Assembly: GCA_963663165.1 (NCBI GenBank)
Contig: OY760175.1
Location: 3,904,001 to 3,968,000 of the forward strand
DNA: 64,000 nucleotides
Direction of reading: 5' to 3'
Origin: an uncultured Desulfospira sp.
Lineage (GTDB): Bacteria; Desulfobacterota; Desulfobacteria; Desulfobacterales; Desulfobacteraceae
The notes under the pieces are model-generated. The model did not search any database, was not told where the DNA came from, and saw only the letters and a program-made list of their open reading frames with translations. The position numbers and the translations under genes are program-made. Below are positions 1-9,802 of this stretch, piece by piece (position 1 is the first letter of the stretch; each line of letters starts with the position of its first letter).

Positions 1-10
1 CCTGTCCACA

Positions 11-1291
11 TTGTTTAAAGCCCATGATATAAAAAAAGCTGAGATCAAACGGAACTTTCTAGGCCTTTATCTCCAGGCAGGCAGCTTCCAGATCCCCATA
101 ACAGAGAATGGATATGTCCCCATTCGGTTCAACGCTGCCGCCAAAGCCCATACCTATATCTCTGCCGTTGATATCTTAAACCAGGACTATACCCCGGCCG
201 ACATTCAGGGCAAGATCATTTTCATCGGGTCATCTGCGGCAGGGTTGAATGATATTCATCAAACGGTTTTTGATCCCTATTTTCCCGGGATAGAGGTTCA
301 CGCCGCTGTTCTAAGCAGTATTTACAACCACTGTCAAATTATCAAACCCATCTGGTCAAGGCATTTCACAGCAGGTGTCTGTTTATTAACCGGGGCTGCC
401 ATGATCATCCTGCTGTCCCTTTCTTCGGCCCCCCTGGTGCTGGCCTGGGGAAGCCTGGCCATCATCTGTGTCCTGTTGATGTCAAGCCTGCTTTGCTTTG
501 CGCAATTTTCTGTATTTGTTTCTCCGGGGCTGCCGGTCATCATTACATTTTTCACCTTTATTCTCGCCTCTTTTGTCCGGTTTAACCGGTTCAGAAAAGC
601 CTCTTTTGCCTGGTTAAAAAAGCTGTCCCAGGCCCAGCAGGTGACCATCGAGACGGTGATCAACCTGGTTGAAACCCGGGACCCGGAAACCGGCCAGCAT
701 GTGGTCCGGACCCAGCACTATGCCAGGGCCCTGGTTCTTCAGTTACGGCAGGAGGGGTTATTTTCAGATATCCTGACCGATGAGTATATAGAAATGCTGT
801 ACACCTCTACTCCGCTGCACGACATCGGCAAAGTCGGCATACCGGACAGGGTTCTTTTAAAACCCGGCAAACTGGATGACGACGAATTTGAAATCATGAA
901 GACCCATACCTCTCTGGGAAGGGATCTGCTTGAAAAAGCCCGAAAAGATAATAAGGATAATTTTTACCTTGAAATGGGGGCCATGATTGCCGGCACCCAT
1001 CATGAAAAGTGGAACGGCAAAGGCTATCCGGACGGGCTTTGTGAAGATGAAATCCCCCTTTGCGGCCGAATCATGTCCATCTGTGATGTCTATGATGCCC
1101 TGATCAGCCAGCGATGCTATAAGCCCCCGTTTCCCCACGAAAAGGCCATGAAAATCATTCTTGAAGAAAAAGGGGTTATGTTTGATCCCCGGCTGGTGGA
1201 GGCCTTTCAGGCCATAGAGGAGACCATCCGGTCTATTGCATCCAAATTCCAGGATTCCACAGAAGAAGACGCCCCTATAGCCACGGGGTAG
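11..1291 (+). CDS. CHASE2 + HD-GYP domain protein (c-di-GMP phosphodiesterase), probably 5'-truncated by the window edge
   Basis: CHASE2 C-terminal motifs (GKIIFIGSSAAGLND, PGIEVHA), three TM helices, then ETRDPETGQH, HDIGK and HHEKWNGKGYP. Confidence 0.9.
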   Translation: MFKAHDIKKAEIKRNFLGLYLQAGSFQIPITENGYVPIRFNAAAKAHTYISAVDILNQDYTPADIQGKIIFIGSSAAGLNDIHQTVFDPYFPGIEVHAAVLSSIYNHCQIIKPIWSRHFTAGVCLLTGAAMIILLSLSSAPLVLAWGSLAIICVLLMSSLLCFAQFSVFVSPGLPVIITFFTFILASFVRFNRFRKASFAWLKKLSQAQQVTIETVINLVETRDPETGQHVVRTQHYARALVLQLRQEGLFSDILTDEYIEMLYTSTPLHDIGKVGIPDRVLLKPGKLDDDEFEIMKTHTSLGRDLLEKARKDNKDNFYLEMGAMIAGTHHEKWNGKGYPDGLCEDEIPLCGRIMSICDVYDALISQRCYKPPFPHEKAMKIILEEKGVMFDPRLVEAFQAIEETIRSIASKFQDSTEEDAPIATG

Positions 1292-1304
1292 TGCGGTTTA
1301 CCAA

Positions 1305-2129
1305 TCATTCAACGATGATGGTCTGGCCCGTGGCAATCTTTTCAGCGCCAAGTTCGGTGTGAAACCGGCACAGGGCATCAAAGCCCGTGCAGTGCATGGG
1401 CAGCAGGCGGTCTACGGGATGGGCCTTGAAATATTCAACGGTCCGGTCCAGCTGTTCCCCGGGGGACAGCAGATGGAACCCGCCCATGACCATGTGAAGA
1501 TGGTCCAGGCCCGTAACAGCTTTGGCATGTTCACAGATATTGCAGATCCCGGCATGGGCGCATCCGGCAATGACCACCAGCCCCCGGGGCGTGGCGACGG
1601 CCAGGGCCGTATCGTCTTCAAGAAATTCCGGCGATTTTTCTTTCTGTTCTATCTTATAAAAAGGCGTGTCAACAGACTCAAAATCATTGGCCCGGGGGAT
1701 CTGTCCCAAAAAACAGACGGTGGGCGTCAGCTGTTTTGGCCCTTGGGACAGTTCCAGGTCAAAAGAGGCCTCAAGGTCTTCTTTGGACAGGGCCATGCCG
1801 TTGAATTCTCCCGTGGGCTTATGCCGGTCGGAAAATACGGCCGGGTGGGCAATCAGTTTGGTTTTTTTAATCCGCTTGGCCAGAAAGGCAAGGCCGTCGG
1901 CATGGTCCCAGTGGCCGTGGCTTAAAGCAATCCAGCTAAGGGTGTTAAGGTCCACCCCCATCAGATCGGCATTTTCAAGAAACACATCTGAAGGACCGGC
2001 ATCCAAAAGGATATTCTGTTCCGCCCGGATAAACAGGGAAAGCCCATGGGCCCCTTTGAAAATCCGGTCTTTGAACCCCATCACCACCTGGTCCTCAAGC
2101 AACAGGCTGATCTCCAGTTTGGTAGTCAT
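1305..2129 (-). CDS. MBL-fold metallo-hydrolase (COG1237-like)
   Basis: HGLS, LSHGHWDHADG, GCAHAG, GGFHL and PMHCTG motifs; start placed at the ATG after GGGGT RBS (alternative start 2171). Confidence 0.85.
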   Translation of the reverse strand: MTTKLEISLLLEDQVVMGFKDRIFKGAHGLSLFIRAEQNILLDAGPSDVFLENADLMGVDLNTLSWIALSHGHWDHADGLAFLAKRIKKTKLIAHPAVFSDRHKPTGEFNGMALSKEDLEASFDLELSQGPKQLTPTVCFLGQIPRANDFESVDTPFYKIEQKEKSPEFLEDDTALAVATPRGLVVIAGCAHAGICNICEHAKAVTGLDHLHMVMGGFHLLSPGEQLDRTVEYFKAHPVDRLLPMHCTGFDALCRFHTELGAEKIATGQTIIVE

Positions 2130-2151
2130 ATTGTTTACCCCCGTATCTATT

Positions 2152-2892
2152 TTATTTATCGTAAGGCTCATCCATCACCCTGCCCAGAAACTGCCGGGTC
2201 CGATCATGGGCCGGTGCCAGGAAAAAATCCCGGGCATTATTTTTTTCCACGATCCGCCCCTTGTCCATAAACACGATTTCATGGGCCGCCCTTCTGGCAA
2301 ACCCCATCTCGTGGGTGACCACCACCATGGTCATGCCCGACCGGGTAAGCCCGCCCATTACCTCCAGCACCTCTTTGATCATTTCCGGGTCCAGGGCCGA
2401 TGTGGGTTCGTCAAACAGCATGACCGCCGGCTCCATGGCCAGGGCCCGGGCAATGGCGGCCCGCTGCTGCTGTCCGCCGGAAAGGGTGGCCGGGAACTTG
2501 TGGGCCTGGTCTGAAATTCCTACCTGGTCCAGAAGGGCCATGCCCTTTTCCTTTGCTTTGGCCGGGGCCATTTTTTTTACTTTTACCGGAGCAAGGGTCA
2601 GGTTGTCCAGCACGGTTTTATGGGGATAAAGTTCAAAATGCTGAAACACCATACCAATGCGGGACCGCAAAGCATAGATATCCGTATCGGCATGCTGGAC
2701 AGGCACTTTGTCCACATAGACCTGTCCTTCCTGGAATTGCTCCAGGCCGTTGATACACCGAAGCAATGTGGATTTCCCCGACCCGGACGGGCCGCAGACC
2801 ACCAGGGTCTGTCCCTTTTCAACGGTGACGGATACATCGGCCAGGGCCTGATGGCTGCCGTAGGAAAGTCCCAGATGTCTGATGTCGATCAT
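2152..2892 (-). CDS. Polar amino-acid ABC transporter ATP-binding protein
   Basis: GPSGSGKS, LSGGQQQR, FDEPTSALDPE, VTHEMGFA; ATG at 2892 overlaps the permease stop. Confidence 0.95.
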   Translation of the reverse strand: MIDIRHLGLSYGSHQALADVSVTVEKGQTLVVCGPSGSGKSTLLRCINGLEQFQEGQVYVDKVPVQHADTDIYALRSRIGMVFQHFELYPHKTVLDNLTLAPVKVKKMAPAKAKEKGMALLDQVGISDQAHKFPATLSGGQQQRAAIARALAMEPAVMLFDEPTSALDPEMIKEVLEVMGGLTRSGMTMVVVTHEMGFARRAAHEIVFMDKGRIVEKNNARDFFLAPAHDRTRQFLGRVMDEPYDK

Positions 2893-3548
2893 GACACGTC
2901 CTTTGCCCCGGGCCGGCCTTCCAGGTATCGGCCCAGAAAGGTTCCCAGGGTGCATAAGATAAAATAAACACAAGCCGCAAACAGATAAAGCTCCACGGAC
3001 CGGGCCTCCCTGGCATCCACCAGGTTGACCCGTCTTAAAAATTCTCTTAACCCGATCACATAGGCCAGAGAAGTATCCTGGAAAACCACCACACAATGGG
3101 TCACCAGGGCCGGCACCATCTTTTTCAGGGCCTGGGGCAGGATCACGTGGCAGGCCAGCTGCCAGGGCCGAAGACCTGTGGCAAGCCCCGCCCGTTTCTG
3201 CCCTAAAGGGACCGCCTGGATGCCGGATCTGACGATTTCCGCAAAATAAGCCGCCTCGTAAAGAACAAAAGAAAGAACCACCGCGGACAGCTGCCCCATA
3301 GAGCGGCCTAAGAGTACCGGCATCAAAAAATAAATCCAGAAAATCACCAGGATTAAGGGAATCCCCCTGAAAAAGTGGATATAAAGGCTGGCCGGATAAT
3401 AGACCGCCCGGATAGAAGAAAGCCGGCCAAGCCCCAGGACGATTCCCCAGGCAAGCCCCCCGGATACGGCCATGACCGCGATTTCAAGGGTCAGCCAAAG
3501 TCCGCCGGCCATATACCCCAGGTTGTCTAAAATTACGGAAAAATCCAT
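2889..3548 (-). CDS. Polar amino-acid ABC transporter permease
   Basis: FRGIPL, AYFAEIVRSGI, hydrophobic helices. Confidence 0.93.
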   Translation of the reverse strand: MDFSVILDNLGYMAGGLWLTLEIAVMAVSGGLAWGIVLGLGRLSSIRAVYYPASLYIHFFRGIPLILVIFWIYFLMPVLLGRSMGQLSAVVLSFVLYEAAYFAEIVRSGIQAVPLGQKRAGLATGLRPWQLACHVILPQALKKMVPALVTHCVVVFQDTSLAYVIGLREFLRRVNLVDAREARSVELYLFAACVYFILCTLGTFLGRYLEGRPGAKDVS

Positions 3549-3559
3549 AATGATCCGCC

Positions 3560-4297
3560 TTAGGCCCCCCGCCGGATCAGGCCGGGAACAGCCAGCCGTT
3601 TTTCAACACGCCACATGAAAAGGGCCACCATCTGGGCAATAGCAAGATAGCACAGGCTCGCGGCCGTGGTGGTTTCCAGGCCGTGCCAGGTAAAAGAGTC
3701 GATGACATAGGCAGTGTGGGTAATTTCCATAACCCCGATGGTCATGGCCAGGGCCGAATTCTTAAAACAGGTGAGAAACTCTGTGGTAAATGCCGGGATA
3801 ATGATCCTGAAAGCATAGGGCAGGACCACATGGCCGTATACCTGGGCCGGCCTTAAGCCTGTGGCATAGGCGGCCCGGTACTGGTCTTTGGGGATGGCCA
3901 GCAGCCCGGCCCGAAACTGTTCGGCCACCCGTGATGCCGTATACATGCCAAGCCCCACGCAGCCGCACCAGAAGGCATAATCAGGAATCGTATCATAGAG
4001 CCAGGCCTGGGCGGATTTTGGCAACAGCAGGGGGGCGGCAAAATACCAGAAAAACAGCTGGACCAGGAACGGAATATTTCTGAACACCAGGACATAGCCG
4101 AACCCCAGGGCCCGGCAGCCCCGGTTGGGATACACCCTGCAGGCGGCAATGATGATGCCGATAACCACGGCCAGGCACCAGGCCGTAAGAGAGATGCTCA
4201 AGGTGGTCCAGATCCCCTTGAGCATCATGGCCCCGTATGGCTGGCGCCAGAGGACGGTCCAGTCAAAGGTATAGTTCAGCAAATCGCTCCTGTTCAC
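3560..4297 (-). CDS. Polar amino-acid ABC transporter permease
   Basis: FRNIPFLVQLFFWYF, AEQFRAG, FKNSALA. Confidence 0.93.
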   Translation of the reverse strand: MNRSDLLNYTFDWTVLWRQPYGAMMLKGIWTTLSISLTAWCLAVVIGIIIAACRVYPNRGCRALGFGYVLVFRNIPFLVQLFFWYFAAPLLLPKSAQAWLYDTIPDYAFWCGCVGLGMYTASRVAEQFRAGLLAIPKDQYRAAYATGLRPAQVYGHVVLPYAFRIIIPAFTTEFLTCFKNSALAMTIGVMEITHTAYVIDSFTWHGLETTTAASLCYLAIAQMVALFMWRVEKRLAVPGLIRRGA

Positions 4298-4341
4298 CAG
4301 GGACGATCTGTTCTATTCCATCGCCCCCGGTTTGGTTCCGG

Positions 4342-5244
4342 TTATTCTGGATAACTTAAGGATTTAAGCAGCACCTTGTATTCGTCGGTCATGGGCAGGG
4401 GCACCACCCCGTCAGGACCGAACCACTTGGTATACAGGGTCTCAAATCTGCCGTCCTTGATCATGTGAATCAGGGATTCGTTAACAAAGTCCCGCCATTC
4501 TCCCTGGTTTTCCGGCAGGATCATGCCGTAGGGTTCATAGGTCAGGTATTTGCCCACGATTTTCCAGTCCTGGGGATTGGCGGCCTTGGCCTGCATCCCG
4601 GCCAGCTGGCTGGCATCGGTAAAATAGGCATCAATTTTACCCTGCTGCAGGGCCAGAAAACCCTTGTTGTGTTCCTCAAACAACACCTTCTGGCAGGCCG
4701 GTTTCACCAGGCCCCGGGCAATGGCCAGATCCATTCCTTTTATATTGGCCGTGGAACCGGACCCCATGCCCACCCGTTTGCCCCCGATATCGGCAAATCC
4801 GGTGATGGGACTGTCCTTGGGCACCAGAAGCCGGGTTCCCGTCAGGAAATAGGGAAGGCTGAAGTCCACCACCTGCTCTCTGGCAAGAGTGATGGTAGTG
4901 GAGCCGATGCCCATGGCCACCATGCCGTTGGCCACCATGGTAATCCGGGTTTTGGGGTTCATGGGGTGCTTGACCAGCTTGATGGGCTTATTGAATTTTT
5001 TTTCAAGATCTTTAGCCACTTCAGTGCCCAGATCAATGCCAAACCCTACCCAGGACCCGTCCTTGTCAATAAATCCAAAGGGCACAGACCCTTCCCTGAA
5101 GCCCATGTGAACCTCACCGGATTTTTCAATGGCCTCCAGCAAATTTTCAGTTCCAGCCTCCCCATAGCCGGGGATGCTGATCAGCCCCAAAAACATAACC
5201 ACATAAATAAGCGCTGAAACGCCGGACCGCATCATTTTTTTCAT
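4342..5244 (-). CDS. Amino-acid ABC transporter substrate-binding protein (GltI-like)
   Basis: Signal peptide; GFREGSVPF, STTITLAREQVVDFS, EPYGM, LYTKWF. Confidence 0.92.
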   Translation of the reverse strand: MKKMMRSGVSALIYVVMFLGLISIPGYGEAGTENLLEAIEKSGEVHMGFREGSVPFGFIDKDGSWVGFGIDLGTEVAKDLEKKFNKPIKLVKHPMNPKTRITMVANGMVAMGIGSTTITLAREQVVDFSLPYFLTGTRLLVPKDSPITGFADIGGKRVGMGSGSTANIKGMDLAIARGLVKPACQKVLFEEHNKGFLALQQGKIDAYFTDASQLAGMQAKAANPQDWKIVGKYLTYEPYGMILPENQGEWRDFVNESLIHMIKDGRFETLYTKWFGPDGVVPLPMTDEYKVLLKSLSYPE

Positions 5245-5480
5245 GTTCTCTCCTTTTTAAATTTTATTATATGCCGATAACCGTAACAAAGAACCCTCCC
5301 AAAAAGGCTTGCTTCAGCCTATGGAGGCATATGGGAATGTTCCCTGTCGCTTTCACCGAAAGTCAGGGCTTACATGGCATGAGGGCGATTTAAAATCCAA
5401 TAGTTATTCGTGATATATAGATCGACAGGGTATATGGGTTTTCTATAATGATACCTCGTGAATTCAAAATGTAAAAAATC

Positions 5481-5541
5481 GGGACTTGGGGAGGCCACTG
5501 ATGCTGCAAGCCCCAAGCCCCATATCCCAAGTCCCAAGTCC
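5481..5541. repeat. CCCAAG(C/T) heptamer array with inverted arm
   Basis: GGGACTTGGG followed by CAAG CCCCAAG CCCCATA TCCCAAG TCCCAAG TCC. Confidence 0.65.
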
Positions 5542-5755
5542 ATTTTATTATCCTTAATTTCCAATTCTGGAATCGCATGTTTTTACTGGCGACGGCCAAA
5601 CCCATTGACACATCCTATCTGATCTGCCATAAGCCAACAACAGGAGGAAAGCTTCGTGGCCGATACGCTATTTCCCCTGTTTGACAACCTTTTCCGGCAA
5701 CCGGGAGTCCTGGGGCGCAAAGCCCTGAGCCGAATTCAAAAAATAAAAAAGGATA

Positions 5756-6976
5756 ATGAATATGACACAAAAAACCCATAAACGAATTCACATGGCCGGA
5801 ATGGTTGCGACCGCCATGGCGGTCATGGTTACCATGATGGGCTGTGCCGCGATCCCCGAACGGTCTCCGGTTCCGGCACAACTGACCACAAAGGTTGAAA
5901 TCCCGGGAATTCCCCATGCCCGTTTCTGGGGGGATGAATGGCCGTCATGGTCAAAACAGGGAATCGAATCCCTTACACCGGAACAGCTGCCCCAATATTT
6001 CCCAGGGGTTTATAACACGCCCCACCATTACCTGGCCATCTCCGGCGGCGGCGCCAACGGGGCTTTCGGGGCAGGACTTCTGGCCGGATGGTCGGCTTCG
6101 GGCACCCGGCCCGAGTTCACCATGGTCACCGGCATCAGCACCGGGGCACTGACCGCCCCCTTTGCCTTTCTGGGTTCAGATTATGATGACACCTTAAAAA
6201 CCATCTATACCACCACATCTACCCAGAATCTGGTCAAAAAGAAAAACGCCCTTTCTGCCCTATTCAGCGACTCCATCGTGGACACGGCGCCTTTAAAGGC
6301 CATGATCGACAAATATGTGGACGCCAAAATCATTGCTGCCATTGCCAGAGAACACAAAAAAGGGCGGCAGCTGTATATCGGCACCTTTAACCTGGACGCC
6401 GGCCGGTCCGTTATATGGAATATCGGCACCATCGCATCCAGTGACTATCCCGATAAAATCCCATTAATCCATAACATTCTCAGGGCTTCAGCCGCCATTC
6501 CGGTGGCGTTCCCCCCGGTGCTGATCCCGGTTGAGAGCAACGGGGAACAGTTTGACGAACTCCATGTGGATGGCGGAACAGGGTCCCAGGTTTTTGTTTA
6601 TCCGGCCGCCGTAGACTGGAAAAAAATCACTGAAAAATTGAAAGTCAAGGGAACACCCAACGTCTTTGTGATCCGCAACTCTTTTCTGGAACCGGATGTC
6701 AATGGCGTCACCCCCCAGATCGTCCCCATTGCGGCCCGGTCCATATCTTCCCTTATCCGGACCCAGGGAATCGGTGATTGCTACCAGATCTATGCGTTGT
6801 GCCAAAGGGACGGGAACCAGTTTAATCTTGCCTTTATCCCCCCGGATTTCACAGAAGAATCCTCCGAAGGGTTTGATCCGGTTTATATGGGCAAATTATT
6901 TGACCGGGGCTATGAGATGGCCTTAAAGGGATACCCATGGGAAAATGCCCCGGCGGGTTTTATGGTTAATCCGTAA
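5756..6976 (+). CDS. Patatin-like phospholipase, probable lipoprotein
   Basis: SGGGANGAFGAG, GISTG nucleophile elbow, DGG; hydrophobic N-terminus ending in MMGC. Confidence 0.9.
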   Translation: MNMTQKTHKRIHMAGMVATAMAVMVTMMGCAAIPERSPVPAQLTTKVEIPGIPHARFWGDEWPSWSKQGIESLTPEQLPQYFPGVYNTPHHYLAISGGGANGAFGAGLLAGWSASGTRPEFTMVTGISTGALTAPFAFLGSDYDDTLKTIYTTTSTQNLVKKKNALSALFSDSIVDTAPLKAMIDKYVDAKIIAAIAREHKKGRQLYIGTFNLDAGRSVIWNIGTIASSDYPDKIPLIHNILRASAAIPVAFPPVLIPVESNGEQFDELHVDGGTGSQVFVYPAAVDWKKITEKLKVKGTPNVFVIRNSFLEPDVNGVTPQIVPIAARSISSLIRTQGIGDCYQIYALCQRDGNQFNLAFIPPDFTEESSEGFDPVYMGKLFDRGYEMALKGYPWENAPAGFMVNP

Positions 6977-6981
6977 CCAAG

Positions 6982-7068
6982 GGAGACCGGAAACCGCAGA
7001 CCGGAGGGGGAACCCAGAAATTTAAACCTTCCGGTTTCACGTCTCCGATCTCCTTTCTTCCGGCCTCC
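6982..7068. repeat. GGAGACC-type heptamer array plus complementary array (intergenic hairpin)
   Basis: GGAGACC GGAAACC GCAGACC ... TCCGGTT TCACGTC TCCGATC, between convergent genes. Confidence 0.7.
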
Positions 7069-7079
7069 ATCACATCCCG

Positions 7080-7730
7080 CTAGCCCAGTTTCTTTTGCCC
7101 GTAAGTCTTGAATTTCTCACAGACCACGTCCATTTCTGAATCCGGTAAAATAACGGGTTTGCCGATGCTCAGGGTCTGGTAATAAATCCGGGCCACAAAT
7201 TCGATTTCTTCAGCAGCGGCAAAGGCCGTATCCATGTTTGAGCCCACGGCCAAAAGGCCATGGTTGGCCAGCAGCAGGGCATTGTAATTCCCGATATTCT
7301 CTGACACACTCTGGGCCAGTTCCGGGGTTCCAAAGGTCTCATAGGGGGCAATGGGCACTTTTTTGCCGGCAAAGCCCACCAGGTAGTGAACCGCCGGAAT
7401 TTCCATCCCTAAGCAGGCCATGGTTGTGGCATAGGGAGAGTGGGTGTGTACCACGGCCTGAACATCCTTGCGCTGACGGTATACGGACAGATGAAACTCA
7501 AGTTCACTGGTGGGCTTGAGATCGCCATCCAGAACCTTTCCGTCCAGATCGGTGAGGACCACATCGCCGGGCTGCAGGATTTTATATTCAATGCCGCTGG
7601 GGGTGACGGCCACCCGGCCCGAATTCCGGTCCAGAATGCTCAGATTGCCGCCGGTGCCGGTGGTCAGGCCGGACTCGACCATTTTAACGCCAAAACGGAC
7701 AGTGGTTTCTCGTTCTGCTTCCATCTGCAT
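7080..7730 (-). CDS. Class II aldolase (L-fuculose-1-phosphate aldolase-like)
   Basis: GTGGNLS, PTSELEFH, VHTHSPYAT, LLANHG. Confidence 0.9.
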   Translation of the reverse strand: MQMEAERETTVRFGVKMVESGLTTGTGGNLSILDRNSGRVAVTPSGIEYKILQPGDVVLTDLDGKVLDGDLKPTSELEFHLSVYRQRKDVQAVVHTHSPYATTMACLGMEIPAVHYLVGFAGKKVPIAPYETFGTPELAQSVSENIGNYNALLLANHGLLAVGSNMDTAFAAAEEIEFVARIYYQTLSIGKPVILPDSEMDVVCEKFKTYGQKKLG

Positions 7731-7771
7731 ATAAATACCTCCTTGGGGGGAATAATAATTTAATCTTTTTT

Positions 7772-7923
7772 GTAACTATTCAGCTAATGCTGAAAACTAA
7801 GCAAAACCTGGGTCCGTAACTGTTCATCAGTGCTTCATATTTGTTTAGTCAGGACTTCGTAGCATACTTTTGCTATGTGAGAAGGCCTGAATGAGCGAAG
7901 ATGGGGCACTGCTGAACAGTTAC
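7772..7923. mobile_element. 152-bp MITE-like element, family A, copy 1
   Basis: TIRs GTAACTATTCAGC / GCTGAACAGTTAC; near-identical reverse-complement copy at 62989-63140; flanks TCTTTTTT / CCTTTTTT (7 of 8 match). Confidence 0.88.
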
Positions 7924-8693
7924 CCTTTTTTGAATACAATCAGCGGACAGTTCTTGCAGATATCTGCGCCGGGGAACCCGTCCCCCGGGCGGGTAATGGC
8001 ACCGCTGCCGTATTCTTCCTTTCGTCTTAGAAGCTGTTCTACCATTGGGCCAAGATGTTTTTCCGGCAGGATAAAATTAATCTCGCCCCGTTCGGTCTTG
8101 CCGGCATTGTAAGACCCTGAACAGGCCGGCAGCATGTTGGCCATCTGTTCGTTATAGGCATAGACATTGCCGCAGCAGGCCGACGAATTGACCGTTATGT
8201 TGGACCGCATGGGGATAATGTCGGTTGCCGCCATCCAGTCCACGGCAAGGTGGTAGGCCTGCATGGTATCGCAGTAAAAATGAATGGTGTCGGCGGTAAA
8301 TCTGGCATCGCCAAGGGGGGCCACGGCAACGCCCATAAGGCCGGGTTTAAGGCGCGGCTTTGCCTCAACCGCTTTTTTGGCCTGGGCCTTGTCCTTGACA
8401 TATTTCAAGTGGCTTTTGATTTCTCCGTCATCGAGTTCTTTCCAGCCAAACCCGTACATGGCATTGGAGCATCCAAGCCCCGCTTTATCGGCAAAAACAA
8501 CCTGCCCCTTCATGCGGGCGGCTATTTCCCACTGGCAAAAGGTCATGGGTTTTACAGGGGTATAGAATTCGTGTGCCTGTTTAAATTCATCAATCTCCTC
8601 CTGATCAAAAAAGAATTTAACCGCCACCGGAAAATGGTATAGCCGCAATTCTGCCATGAGGGTGTGTTGTATTTCTTTGTATGAGAGTGTCAT
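7920..8693 (-). CDS. DUF169 family protein
   Basis: PVAVKF, FCQ, GCSNA, SSACC, LPACSGS pattern; AAGGAG RBS before the ATG at 8693; stop codon lies inside the MITE TIR. Confidence 0.8.
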   Translation of the reverse strand: MTLSYKEIQHTLMAELRLYHFPVAVKFFFDQEEIDEFKQAHEFYTPVKPMTFCQWEIAARMKGQVVFADKAGLGCSNAMYGFGWKELDDGEIKSHLKYVKDKAQAKKAVEAKPRLKPGLMGVAVAPLGDARFTADTIHFYCDTMQAYHLAVDWMAATDIIPMRSNITVNSSACCGNVYAYNEQMANMLPACSGSYNAGKTERGEINFILPEKHLGPMVEQLLRRKEEYGSGAITRPGDGFPGADICKNCPLIVFKKG

Positions 8694-8798
8694 AACATCT
8701 CCTTTATTATGCATTCAGCTTTAAACCGGGTCCGCCCCGGATAATCGCACCGCTCATGGTAAAATATTTTCCCTAAAGACAAAAGTCTATTTAAAAAA

Positions 8799-8887
8799 TG
8801 GAAACCGGAGACCGGAAACGGGAGACCGGATATTGCGACCTTTTCAGGTATACGCATTCCGGTCTGCGGTCTCCCGCTTCCGGTCTT
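8799..8887. repeat. GGAGACC-type heptamer hairpin array
   Basis: GGAAACC GGAGACC GGAAACG GGAGACC ... CCGGTCT GCGGTCT CCCGCTT CCGGTCT. Confidence 0.75.
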
Positions 8888-8968
8888 CATTTAAAATTCT
8901 AATATCAATCCAAAAACATATTTGATTTTTCGTTTTGACAAGAAAAAACCTGTTTTTATAATTGTCAA

Positions 8969-9802
8969 ATGATGTGCTTCAACTCCCCAAAAATTGAAAT
9001 CCAGTCCATCCTTGAAAAGGGAACCGCCATCGCCAATGAAGACTGCCTGGTGATCCAGGACAATATCTTCGGTGTCTTTGACGGGGCCACCAGCCTGGAC
9101 AAACAAACATTCGGCCAGGGTGAGACCGGGGGAAAAATCGCCTCAGCCACGGCCCGGTCGGTGTTCCGGCAGAACCATTTTCCCCTTGCCCGGCTCGCCC
9201 GTCAGGCCAACCGGGAAATCAGGGAACAGATGATCCTCAACGGGGTGGATATTTCCAGAAAGGAAAATCTCTGGAGTACCAGCGCGGCGGTGGTCCGGAT
9301 CACTGAGGAGGGCATGGAATGGGTCCAGACCGGGGATGCCATGATCCTGCTGGTTTATGACAACGGCGGTCACAAGGTGCTGGTAGACAGACAGGACCAT
9401 GATTTTGAGACCCTGACCCTGTGGAAAGAACTGGTCAGAACCCAGATCAAACCGGACCCTAAAACCCTGGCCCCCCAGATCCGGAAGGTCCGGCTCGGGA
9501 TGAACCAGACCTATGGGGTCCTTAACGGGGAAAAAGAGGCGGAAACATTCCTTAACCAGGGAACCCAGCGTCTGGACAATGTCCGGCACATCCTGCTGTT
9601 CACGGACGGTCTGTCCATCCCCTGTGAAGATGTTACCCTCCATAAAAATTATGCGCCCCTGGTTAAGGCGTTCCTTTCCCTTGGCCTTGAAGGGATGAAG
9701 GATCAGATTAGAAAAACAGAACAAAAAGACCCCCGCTGCATGGCCTTTCCCCGGTTTAAATGCCATGACGATATTGCGGCTATTGCCTTGACCTTTTCAT
9801 AA
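8969..9802 (+). CDS. PP2C/SpoIIE-like phosphatase-domain protein
   Basis: NEDC, GVFDGAT, TGDA, FTDGL, HDDIAAI metal-binding motifs. Confidence 0.8.
   Translation: MMCFNSPKIEIQSILEKGTAIANEDCLVIQDNIFGVFDGATSLDKQTFGQGETGGKIASATARSVFRQNHFPLARLARQANREIREQMILNGVDISRKENLWSTSAAVVRITEEGMEWVQTGDAMILLVYDNGGHKVLVDRQDHDFETLTLWKELVRTQIKPDPKTLAPQIRKVRLGMNQTYGVLNGEKEAETFLNQGTQRLDNVRHILLFTDGLSIPCEDVTLHKNYAPLVKAFLSLGLEGMKDQIRKTEQKDPRCMAFPRFKCHDDIAAIALTFS

Noticed and set aside
1359..2514. Long antisense ORFs (e.g. 1359-1925, 1666-2514; also 4465-5217, 16961-17776, 27761-28459, 53055-54170, 59803-60480)
   Set aside because: They lie opposite well-supported genes, lack recognisable motifs and are the expected shadow ORFs of GC-rich coding DNA
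7772..7923. Integron attC site (GTAAC...GTTAC ends)
   Set aside because: The ends do not fit RYYYAAC/GTTRRRY, no integron integrase or cassette array is present, and 8-bp target duplications point to transposition
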